A stretch of DNA of 64,000 bases from Balanoglossus misakiensis. Taxonomy: Eukaryota; Animalia; Hemichordata. The notes beneath the pieces are model-generated. The model was not told the DNA's origin. It ran no database searches and saw nothing but the letters and a program-made list of their open reading frames with translations. Location: the NCBI GenBank assembly GCA_040954595.2, contig CM082587.2, forward strand, positions 2,199,000 through 2,262,999, in the 5' to 3' direction. A program made the position numbers and the translations under genes. Shown here piece after piece: positions 49,951-61,856 of the stretch (positions are counted from its first letter, which is position 1; each line of letters opens with the position of its first letter).

Positions 49951-51147
49951 CTGAGAGAAACTTTTGATCAGTAGAGGATGATATACTATGAATGACCTGC
50001 TTGAAACTTAAATCATAGTCGAATAATGGACTGGTGACCACATAGTGGTAGACCCCCCCCCCCTTAAAAAAGAAGGAAAAAAAAGGGATTATGTTGATAG
50101 TTACAAGTATTGTAAGTTACAAAGTCTGGTTACTTTAGATGCCAAACCCTGTGGCTAATATTAAGATTCCAAGGTCCAAAACCCTGTAGTGGTACTGGTA
50201 GATATTGGGATTTCAAGGGGGTACTTAAATCTTGACGTAAAGTGGTCTTTTCAGAGACGACCCCAGCTTCTGAGGAGGAAATAATTGTAGCTGTTTTCAA
50301 AGGGAGCTCGGAACATCTGTGTTTTGGCTTTTTAGTTTTTTTAGAAACCCTACAGTCAAAAGGAAAAGGTAGCTCGATGAATGAGACTATTCATGAAGTC
50401 TGAATCCCTTGGTCTGTTGTGGACCAACAGGTCAGGTCATGGAATGTTACAAGATTCACAAACTCATATCGGTCTACAGGCATTTTAATGAAGGGCGGAA
50501 GTAATATCCTGGGAAAAAACTGCTGTATAATCAATTTAGGTTTTCCATATGCTTTCCAGGATGCATTTCTTTAGATGTACCAGTAATAAATTATTTTAGC
50601 AAAATGCAAAAAAGATACCAGCACAGAGGCTGTAAAATGATAGGTGAAGGTGATATCCATTCTTAGCTCATCTTGACAGTCTCTAAGCTTTTATGTTTTT
50701 ATCTCTGTGTTTACCTATCTGAATAGACCATGTGATAAATTACATTTATGAAAGTTAATACCAGCCCTTCAAGCCACCTGCCTCCGTCTTTCCCACACTT
50801 TTCTAATCAAACATATTAAAAACCAGAGTCTCACTTATCCTGGTTTATGCCTTTTTTATTTTCCTGTTTATTTTTTGGCTGATGATTGCTGAGATTTTAT
50901 TTTATTTCTCACTTTCTGTGGTACATGTTATTTGCTATAGGCAGTACTGTTAGTCCACTCAGCATATTAGTGTTATTTGGTAATTATTAGCGTTTGCTGC
51001 AAGCGCTGCCGTGAGTTTAAAATGATCAAGATAGGGAGCCTGGGCCGTTATTCCTCAGTGGGTATTATATGATTCACGCATTGTGTGTGATGTCACAACT
51101 TTGTGTATTTTAACACATACATGCTCCTGCTTTTCCCAGGCTATGGA

Positions 51148-51240
51148 ATGATGCCAACGAATTTTCCAATAGCGGATTGGTTGAAATCTCTCGGGCTGCA
51201 GGAATACGCAGTGGATCTGAAGACTTTCCCCGACGTTGAG
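51148..51240 (+). CDS. N-terminal SAM domain, first half; probable BCAR3/SH2D3C(NSP)-like gene
   Basis: Exon 51140-51240 (ttttcccag / GAG-gtgaga). Encodes MMPTNFPIADWLKSLGLQEYAVDLKTFPDVE with the SAM motif WLxxLGLxxY. Ends in phase 0. Confidence 0.85.
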
Positions 51241-51428
51241 GTGAGATATTTCATTTAACAATTTACGCTCCCTCAGGCTGGGAAAGCATGACTTAATTCC
51301 TCTCCTCGACTGAACCAGCTTTTAGAGGAAACACACAAATAACACACACACTGATTGTATTAATTGTGTGAACATGCTGACAGTTTGTACGTGTACTCCC
51401 AACGAGTGCACCATGGTTTCTGTGTTGA

Positions 51429-51519
51429 ATGGCATCTCCAGCACCGTTGCTGATATTGGCAAAGGAAATCCTCATCTGGATGAACTATTTGTTCAAAGCG
51501 CTCAGTGATGCAGAAATGC
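51429..51519 (+). CDS. Candidate alternative first coding exon (SAM-less isoform)
   Basis: ATG-initiated MASPAPLLILAKEILIWMNYLFKALSDAEM ending at a gtgagt donor in phase 1. It is in frame with exon 60808 but not with exon 58399. Confidence 0.4.
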
Positions 51520-54500
51520 GTGAGTGTCTGTGTATGCTGTTAATACAAAAGAGTCTGTACTATTAAACATGTAAAAAGAAGCTGGATTATTTTTGTCACA
51601 AAGACAATTGTGGGGCATATTAAACATTTTTACTAAATAAAAGCGTAAATTAACATTGAACATTGAATGAAACAGAGTTGAAATTTAAAATAATTGGAAA
51701 AGTACAAATTGAACATTTATTTTTGGTAATTTTATAATGGAAACAGAGACTCAAAGTTAAAATTTCAACCTAGAACAAAAAACTCAACAGTTGTTAAGAC
51801 TACAGTTCATGCTAAATTTCACTGCTTTTTATAGTCTTTCTCTGAATCCAATATTGAGTTTTTAATGAGCTTCTGTGCAACAACCACCCTACATCCACCT
51901 CTCATTGTGTGTGTATTGATTCTGTACAAATGAGTTTGATGTTTCCTGTTGTGACAGTCGCCAGGACAATTGCTCAGTGTCAATTAAGACGTCCTTCACA
52001 TTTGCAAGCAGGTTTTTTGTGTGAATGGGAGTTTGTCATTGGCCCTGCATGTGCTTTTATGGGACCCATACACATGGTATAGCCAACACATGGTATCAAA
52101 AGTATGCTGGAGAACATTGATATCAAGGAAGTAATATATTGTATTTAAAAAGAAAATCCTAAAGGCACTATGTGCCAACAACAAATTTGCTCGGAAAAGA
52201 GAAAGAAAACCATCCATTTTGTATTCTGTGCTGAGATTTCATGCATGCGGACAAGAGATGTAATCAAGGAAATTCTTCAAGCATCATCCGTATTCAGAGC
52301 AGCTGTTTGCCAAACATCAAGAGTAGAATATTGAAAAAGAATCCTGAGTTGTCAGTCAGAGTGGCCCTTTGGCAACCTAAGTCAACCACACACTGCAACA
52401 GTAGATCTGGATTTATTCTGTAATTCAACAGATAGCTACCAGTAGCCTTCATTTTGGAGACATCACAGCATCCCAGATTTGCTGAGTATGTCACGTTTGT
52501 TACTAATGAGCTGTTAGAATTCTTTTCCTAACCTGGACTTAATTAATAAATTCCCATCAAAGTGAGATTTTCATTGAAATGTCACATCTTGATAGAATAC
52601 ATTGACCCTCGAAATGTCAAGGATTTACGTCACATCTCAGTAGAATTAATTACCAGTTTGTGGTGGTACTAGCTTGTCCCTACTTGGTGTTATTTGCCAC
52701 TTGGTTGCGATGTCGACATGCAGCTCTTGGTATGATTATTATAGATGCAAGCGCCTAGGGGCTGTGATGATCATTAAAGTGACAAAGAAATGACACAATG
52801 TTATCCAGTCAGTTATTGCTTAGTCGATCCCTCCTCCATCAAGCAGAACTCCTTTTATCTTGAAATTGATGTCACGATACCCAAGCACTGTAGCAGTTCA
52901 TATTGTGACTTTTTTACGCACTGAAAGTCAGTTGAGGTTTGAAGCTCCCTCGTTATGAGGGTCGTTTCGCATACATCAATTTTTATGATCAACAACCTCC
53001 ATATAATAATGATAACAATGGGATTGGGGTGGCGTGGGGGTGTGGACAACCATCAGAGCTCCTCTGTTCCTGGGAAGTGGATTTTGATTGTAAATCATTC
53101 TAATGAAAGTTACCTACTGTCAGTGCCTGATTGTCTGTCACCGATTTTATGTATTTCACTCAAAATTTGTGAATATCCTGGCTACTTGGAGTTAAATGGT
53201 TACCAGGTTCAAATTACTGAAATTGTCTTCACCAGGGTTTATAAATTATTGACAGGTCAAAGGTGAAGTGTCATAAATTTTTATTTCCTTTACTACTGTA
53301 TATACAGTAAAATGTTTAATGCATGTAAAGTGTGCTACAGTTTAACCTGTCATGTTGTCTGTAAATTTGAGTTATACATGACGCATGTGTACAGGAAAAT
53401 GGGGTGGTTATTTCAGAGAGCAGTTTCTGAATTGGCCAAGTTTTAAAAAACCTTTTGGACTTTGATCATCACCAGACCTTAGCATTGTTTTTGATCAATA
53501 GTATCCGTATTGCACCTGATGTCATTTTGTACATTAACTATAATATTATACATTGTAGATAAGATCACTGTCACCCCAATGTGATAAGATTAAAAGCAAA
53601 AAGTGCAATAGTGTCAGTTGATAAGATTAATTATGATTGTATGCATTGGATGTCTGGTTTGTCACCAGAAACTAATGTGATGGGGTGAAACATATTTTCT
53701 ATCTTCGAAAACCCTTTTTTTTTCCATTAAAACTTCAATTCCCTATGTTGTGTACATTTTAGAAATCTGATACAGTTGGAAATCAAATTGGACGTTCTTG
53801 CTTTTCTCACATATTTATATTTCTCTCTGTCCACTGATTTGAAATTCTAGACATGCACAAGAAATCAATTCCTTGCAACACATTCAATATTGCTTGCCAA
53901 GACTCAAGGGTTACACTGAAATATTGAATATTAAAATCCAGACGCAAGTTATTTTAATCTAGGATAGAAATAAATCTGACAGTACAATTTCACGTCATAT
54001 TTTTATGATCAGCTTAAGCTGTTCCTGGTAGCCTTGATTTGGACATTGATGCTGGGTGAAATTACACTGTACAAGATTATAACCATCAAATACAGGAGTT
54101 TGGTTGATTTATAAGTCTCCCTGTGACAGGATTTGAGCGACACACTCATTTCAGCAATAAACTCATTCCCTAAAATTAGCAATCGTCATGGAAACACTGG
54201 ACTGAAACCTTGAACTTTTAAAACTTTAGGGAACGCATTAGGAAAGATTGATGAGAACATTACAGCACACGCTGTTTTATATGCAGTCATGAAAGAAAAA
54301 TGAAATGTTTCTTGTATGAGACAAGACAGGTCAGAAACTGATGATCAGAAAACTGCAGTATTGCTGGGAGCATGAATGGAAATGAGCTTATATAGGAATT
54401 GGAATTTCATCTAATATTGTAAGGGCTCATATCAATCTAGATAAGATATATGTGCTTCGAGGAAAGTTCCTGACGGCACAGAATAATATTTTATTCAGAT

Positions 54501-57500
54501 GAAATCTCAGTCTGCAATACGGCCCTAGGTAGATGTAATCTGGTACCTTTTAACTCCCCAGCCCTGTGACATATGGTAGCTTGGAAAATACAGCTTGATT
54601 TCATTGGACGTAGCTCCTGTGTCTAGCAAAAACACACGTGCCTGGAATCTGACATGAAAGTAAGACTTTGAATTCCGATCAAAAGTAATTATTTAGGCTG
54701 ATGGGCTAAAGACTAAAGGCTAAAACAATCCTAACCGAGGATTAGATATATTAATTCGTTTCCAATCTTGAGCGTTTGAAATCAGTGTCTAGATCAGGGC
54801 CGATTGGTAGTAATCAGTTGTTTTTAACAGGAAACTTCAGTTAAGAGTTACTGATACAAGCAATATGTTCTACAGCACCGAGTGTACTCCAAATAGAATG
54901 AAGTATATTGAAATATTTATAGCCTTGCCTGCGTAATGTTTTACCACTTCCTGAGTGGCAGAACTCACTCCTAACACTTTAGAAGAGAAACCTGATATTT
55001 TCATCTGGCATATTTTCTTTCAAAGAAACTGTATATAGATGGAAGATTTACAATTTTAAAAGAATTTGCCAATTTTTGATAATATATTAAAAACAGGTAG
55101 AAATCAGATTAAGTGTGGACAAGCTAGGTCTGATACAACCACAAGCTACAGGGTAATTCTGATTTATAAAAAAGATGTGGTTCTACTTCAAAAGAAGGTC
55201 AAATGTCAATTTATTGTGACAGGGGCAAAATAGACGTGGTTGATGAAAAGCGATTAAAGAGGAAGAGATGGTGGTAAGCTGAGAATGAGATTGGTGAAAC
55301 AGCTGCCATGTAGTCGATATCTACGAGCATTAGAATGATGTGATACCGTGTATGTTAGGAGGATTGAACAAACATAAGACAATAACTTCTAATGGAGAAA
55401 CGCAGTCTCTGTTTTCAGAGTTTAGCAGATCGACATGTCTCAGAAACATTGATCTGTCATTCGCGAACCAACACAAGGTAATTGCTGATGTTCTACAAGG
55501 CTGGAAATATTGACTGACTGTAAAATGGTGACAGAGTGAGAGGATGGAGTAACTGTAACTGTAATCAGATATCTAATTGTTATCAGGTCCTTCTTTATTT
55601 CATACATGCACATTATTAATACATTCAAATATCTTTTCAGTTGCTGTTAGGTTTTTAAAAAAAATATTTATCACCCACCCAATAGTGGTTGAAGTCTACT
55701 GTTTAGATTGGTGGGTATACCCTTAGGAAAACACAAGAAAAAAGAGTAATAGAAAGGTCATGACCTCAACATTATGATGCCAAAACTATATGTATACAGC
55801 CTCAAACTCATACTTTATCCTGAAGAAATAAAAATTCTCATTCTTCTCAGCAAGCTTTTCAAAACGTCATACATCAGCTGTCAAATTCAAAACAGATTTC
55901 CTGTGTTTTGTCAAGCATTGCAAAATAAACTCTCCCTAAAAATGTCCCTTTATTGACCCTGGAGCATTGTGGGTAATTACAATGCTTGCACTGAGAATGA
56001 AATCTATTATGTGTTTCACAGACAAAGCAAAGTAGACATTATTGAGCAAACACTGAAGCACAAAATTGACTAGACTTAAAGCTAGCTACTTTCAGGATAA
56101 CATTAGATGTTTATATTTAATTTATTTACTAGTTAAAAACAGGAAATCTATTCAATGACAGAGTCTGATATTTATTTTAAAAAGTAGAAACCATCCAGAA
56201 AAAGCCAGACAGAAACTACAAAGACATGGTTTATCAATAGTTGGTTCAAATGCGTGCATGGGGTAATTACTTTCTACTCTAGTCATGAACAGCAGCTGGA
56301 AGGAACTTAGTCTCTCCACTGCAATTCACATTGCCATTTCCTTTCTTTTCTAAATTGCCACATATTCAGAGAGCTTTTAGCAGCTTTACTCAATGGAACT
56401 GTGAGAAATCTATAAGCTATTGTACTTGTAAAGGAAAAAGATATGAAATCAATAAAAATTGGATCACTGAGAAATTCATAAATTTGGATCTCAGGGCCTG
56501 TTAAATTAAATTGCAAATTAGGTTGAAATTGAATTTTTATAATGGTAATTACATATAGGTCATGTGGGGACAGGGAAGGGGCTTCACTACTAGTCCAATG
56601 CTCCAAAAGCTCCAACATGTCTAGCAATCACTCCATCCCAGTCAAAATACATTGTGTAGTCTGTTTAATGGCGTCTGGTTGATACCATTAGCTTACATGA
56701 AGTGTTCCCCCTACTTGACTGTTAAATAGAAACTGGGTAGCTTGATAGTCAGGGACTGTGACCTGTTTTGACCTCGTGTGACCTAAGATGACATTTGGGA
56801 CAAATCGTCTTGGGCATTGTCATGATGGGAATCAATGTAGGGGGTGCTGTTTTTGCTGTGCCACTGCAGCGGTAGACTCCACTTGTAGTTTACACAAACA
56901 AACAGTCTACCCCCTGTCTTGATTCTTTGATTTGCTGTAAACTGTGCTCCAAACTACATGTACTATCAGCTTGTACTGTCTTTGTTACTAGTACTTTCTA
57001 TAAAGTTGGTTCCAGTGTGTGTGGTATGGAATATGAACCAGATTTCCATCACTAACAAGACTGTAATAGATACCCTATCATAACACCCTTACTTTGAACC
57101 ACACGCTGGTTCCAGATATTAAATTCTCAGTCACCTGAATATATCAAGTTTACAATCAATCATTACTACTGCTACTTTAGCCTATGATGTCATGGCTAAC
57201 CCAAGGCCAACCCAGATTAAAGCAGCAAATTTAGCACCTCATTTTCACTACATTGTCATACAAATACATCTAGCACAGGCTACAGAGGGCTATATCATCA
57301 ATGACACAATCTAGACAAACAGTAGTTAGGATCAGCTACCACTTGGCCAGCCTAGTGTTAGCCCAATGTTAGCTAATTAGAAAAGAACATTCGATCTGTA
57401 CTGTACAGTTACTTATCTTCTTATGAATGTCTTTACCAGTTTTTACTATAACGATATCAGTCTCCCTAAAACTTTTTCTTTTCCGGTTGCTCCAGGCATC

Positions 57501-58398
57501 ACTAGGGCTCAAATAAATTCCAGGCCCCCTATTAGTAATCCTCCTTATCATTGGTAGTTTCCCATCATATATGTTCTGTGCAAATGTCCTCCGGCAGAGA
57601 CTTTGATGAGTTCCGTCTTTGCATTATGCACAAGATGGTTTCCCAATACTGGCATCTGGGAAGCTCTCATCTCATAGTTGGTTTAATACGCGATGCATTT
57701 TGATCTTTAAAATGTCACACTGTTCATTTTTATTGCCAGTTCGACTGATGCGACAGTTTTCATTTTTTCTGATAAGTGCAATTTGGAGTGCTGAAAGCCC
57801 ATTCAGAACATCTAAATGCCAGTGCGGTTTTTACCATGGCAACCGATAAGTATGCTTCACTCGCAACTGTAGCAAGAAGCTTTAGTGCCAGGTTACCCTG
57901 ACAATAGATAAAAACTCTGAATGCCAACAACAAAATCAGTTTGATTCTTATCATCATGCTGTGTTCGAGTTACAACTGTATCATGTCAACTGGCATCACT
58001 GCCACAAAGTATGTCACTGCTATGTGTTATATTTGCAGCTCTTAAAATGTGGAGAATGTTTCTCTTAGATTGTATTCCATCAGCAAAACCAATGGAGCTG
58101 TTTATGATAAGCAAATGAGTTCTTTTGTAATAAAACTGACAACCGGCCCTAATCTGCTCGCAAGGCAATCAAGTCAAATCAGTAGGTTTTTATTGTGTGA
58201 CCAGGTAATCGCCTTTGGTTGTAAACTTTCTCTTTGAAAAACCCTCACAACAGTAAGTATACATGCAGGCATGAATCAGAGGCTGGCTTATATAACCACC
58301 AGTGACTCAAAACCTACTTTGCTGATTAATCTGCTTTTTACGGCCAAACGTTTCAAGCTGATTCATTCACCCTGTCTTTTCTCTCTTGTCGTGTGCAG

Positions 58399-58513
58399 TC
58401 GCTGTTTCCACTCACTGAGAATGACTTCAGACGACTTGGAATACGGAACGGTTCGCACAGAGCTCGACTAGTCTCCAGTCTGATGATGTTGAAGCAGAGA
58501 CACCGATTCTCAA
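58399..58513 (+). CDS. SAM domain, second half
   Basis: Long pyrimidine tract, then tgcag / gtaagt. Phase 0: SLFPLTENDFRRLGIRNGSHRARLVSSLMMLKQRHRFS, fitting the SAM motif LTxxDxxxLGIxxxxHRxxI/L. Joins exon 51240 in frame. Confidence 0.88.
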
Positions 58514-59318
58514 GTAAGTACAATTCATGAATGTGAGTGAAGAGACTGCAATGTTTGATTTTGATGTTTTGTGTGAAGTGCCTGTTTAATTAGTCCTGGC
58601 ACAGTATGACAGGCAATTGTGATATGTCTTTTGAAACAGTTTCAGGGGTAATTATGAGACTGTCCCTGTTGGGTGATTTGTCAATGATCAAATAGCTACA
58701 CTAATTGTGTTTGTTTTGATTGCTAAGGCTGGCGCACTTCCCCTTGTAAGAAACCCCACGGTCAACATCTCACAGCAGTCTTCCCACAATTTTGACATTT
58801 GTTTGAGAATCTGTGTTTGCATCTTTAATAACTTATAAAATATGAAGTAAGAAGGAAAAATGAAGGTGAAGAATGCATTATAAACTGTAATTTAACTACT
58901 TCGTAGTCGAACTATGTTTGTGAAAGAGACGTGACTCGGTGGCGGTAATGATTTCTGTCAGTAGAGATGCTTTACAATGGAGCCTTCCACTTGTATTGCA
59001 TTTCAATTTGTTCGTCTGCCTTGTTCCACCACTCATGGTGATTGAGTGCAGATGTCCAAGGCTTTTCACTGGCTTACTCATTCTACTGATAAGCGTAAAA
59101 CAGATCATCAGATCAAGAAAGGGTTGACTCGGGCGTGTCAACTGGAGTGAAATAGAAAAACGTCTAAATCCATTGTTTTTTAAGAATGTTTGGAGCCATG
59201 AATTTTATAGATTGGAAGATATTCTATCATTTTAGAGGTGTGGTGTGTGATGTCAATGTATAACATCTCATAGAGATGGAGCATCACAGTACCAGTGGTA
59301 CTCTGCACATGATTGAAA

Positions 59319-59334
59319 TAGCGCCACCTAGTGA
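59319..59334 (-). promoter_or_regulatory. CTCF-like motif (intronic)
   Basis: TCACTAGGTGGCGCTA on the minus strand. Confidence 0.45.
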
Positions 59335-60807
59335 CCGAGAAATCAACCTGGAAAACCACAATTGCGGGCGTTTGTTTTTGCCGTCGGTGATTCATAAAAA
59401 CAAATGTGTGGAATGATGTTTAGTAATGCACACATTTTATATGTTGTAATTCAAAGTCTAAAGAGGTGTCATGATTTATTCTATCCTGTAAAATTCTTAA
59501 AATAGCGTCAAACACATTGGGACAGCTGGAAAAACTGTTAGCTGGCTTTTTTCTGAATGTGAGAGATTTCTAGGATTAATTAAATCTGACTGAAGTGACA
59601 AATGGTGTGAAGTAGACTTGTTAAAATGAAATGATAGCTGTTCAAATGTTTACTAGCGATGACTTTTTGACAAGTGATCGGAACATGCGGAAGCAACTGT
59701 TCGTAGATGTTATCCTGCACTGCAGATTTCCTGTTCTATTTAAACTTCCATCTCTTGCGTCAGAGGTTTTTGCGATGGGGGAAGGTCAGGGTGGGGCTTG
59801 AACAAATCAGGAAAGTAACACATCTCTTGGTTACTATAATGATAGATGGGATTTGTGAAAAAGTCAACATGTCAGTTCATATTTGTAAAAAAAGTAGTGA
59901 CCATTTTTCATTCTTTTTTAAATATCCCGAGTAAAGGGCAGTGGATGATTTTTATTTTTGATTATTTTCCAAGATGATATCAGATAAAATACTAGTACTA
60001 AGTAGACTGACATTGAAAAAGCCACACCATAGCCTTGGCATACTGTTGCAATTATTCTGTGCTATCGCTCTTACAGATTTTAAATATTAATGGAAAGATG
60101 CGGGACAGACTTGAACTTAATTAAATGCAGAAAGGAAATGTGCGATATGTCCATGGAAAAAAGGTCATTTAACGAGATAATCTCAGACGGATGTGAAGTA
60201 AATTAGATGTAGAAAGCATGTGTGTGAATGGCCATGGAAGAGTTCATTCAACTGCAAAGGACTAAATTATGATAATTTCGTAAGAAAATTACATTTGCGC
60301 CAGACATATGCTGAAATAAATGGATCTTTGGATATCTGGGAAATTGATAATTTAGTTATAATTAGTACTGGTGAATCATCAACGTTTCAGGGAGGTTATT
60401 GGCCTAATTATGACAATTATCATGTTTGAGTTGGAAATTGATAAACGTGTTTATCTACGGATTTGCTGAGTCCACAAGGAGGTCTGATGTCAAAGGTGAA
60501 ACTGTACATTGCAAGCGATCTAACATTTGGCTGGATATAGTACATGTAGTATGTACCTGTGTACTTGTGTGTTTTCTACTCCACAGCTTCCTGTTGACAT
60601 CATAAACTTTTATGTCATAAAATTATTAATACTTGGCTGTCTTTTAAGTTCAAGTATGAGTGTGTGTGGGAGTTTAATTCATGGTTCCTGTATTTCCTTT
60701 AAACATTTGTCAATTTTGTCCTTGAAGATCCTGTCTGTGAAGCGTACTTCATTACGGGAAGTGTTTCTTTGAAAATAAACCAATCTTCAATTTTATGTAT
60801 ATTACAG

Positions 60808-60901
60808 TGGCCAATCAGATGTCCCCAACCAAGGTATCACATGGCGTGACATCGGCCAATCAGGGATCACCAGGGTACAGACAGCATTACACATTGCCAA
60901 G
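60808..60901 (+). CDS. Third coding exon of the SAM-domain gene
   Basis: ttacag / AAG-gtaaag. Open in the required phase 1: MANQMSPTKVSHGVTSANQGSPGYRQHYTLPR. TLPR recalls the HGTLPR motif of BCAR3 (from memory). Confidence 0.65.
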
Positions 60902-60952
60902 GTAAAGTTCACTCTCTGATGTCATATCCTGTCGTTTGCGTATGCATGTGTC

Positions 60953-61729
60953 CACAGGCGCGTGAATAGATGCTATTTCAGTTTTTTAATGATAAATCAG
61001 TAGCTTAGACGATCCCCCGAATTTGCGTCAAACGAGCGCTCTCGCTATGTTCGGGCCTAGGCCTATACCCCACTGACACATACAGAATTTAAAGGTAGGA
61101 AAGCCCTCGCTGGTCACATTTCTGAAATCGACCAAATAAAGTGGTTGTCGGCATTTCCAGAGTCTCACACTTCACAACAGCATGCACAATACTCACAAAA
61201 ATCGATCGACGCCCTCCTTTTATCTAACTCGCCCAATCGACCCCTAAAAATGCGGAAAAAGTCGCTATCTCCCAGTCCACATAAACTCCTTAGACACCTC
61301 CATTTTGAAAGGACGTTCACTTAGAAACTTGCGCATGCGCATCCTATCAGGCAGGACCTAAGTGAACGTCCTTTCAAAATGGAGGTGTCTAAGGAGTTTA
61401 TGTGGACTGGGAGATAGCGACTTTTTCCGCATTTTTAGGGGTCGATTGGGCGAGTTAGATAAAAGGAGGGCGTCGATCGATTTTTGTGAGTATTGTGCAT
61501 GCTGTTGTGAAGTGTGAGACTCTGGAAATGCCGACAACCACTTTATTTGGTCGATTTCAGAAATGTGACCAGCGAGGGCTTTCCTACCTTTAAATTCTGT
61601 ATGTGTCAGTGGGGTATAGGCCTAGGCCCGAACATAGCGAGAGCGCTCGTTTGACGCAAATTCGGGGGATCGTCTAAGCTACTGATTTATCATTAAAAAA
61701 CTGAAATAGCATCTATTCACGCGCCTGTG
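60953..61729. mobile_element. 777-bp non-autonomous foldback DNA transposon (P/Galileo-like or hAT-like)
   Basis: Inverted arms 60953-61324 and 61358-61729 (372 bp each, no mismatch seen) with a 33-bp spacer. Termini CACAG...CTGTG. 8-bp TSD CATGTGTC at 60945-60952 and 61730-61737. Confidence 0.93.
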
Positions 61730-61735
61730 CATGTG

Positions 61736-61856
61736 TCAGTGGTGTATGTGTGTGAGTACTGCGAGAGAATACGGCCGAGACACACTGATCGGTGTCTATC
61801 TTAATTCACATCACATTGCTTTTTCATCCGAGCGTGTTTCTTCCCCTGAGGTAAGT
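61736..61856 (+). other. Candidate internal, probably non-coding first exon
   Basis: Inr-like TCAGT at 61736 and a consensus donor GAG-GTAAGT at 61851. Confidence 0.35.

Noticed and set aside
51166-51180. CCAAT/ATTGG pair as promoter elements
   Set aside because: They fall within codons (FPIADW) of the SAM exon, with no supporting start-site features.
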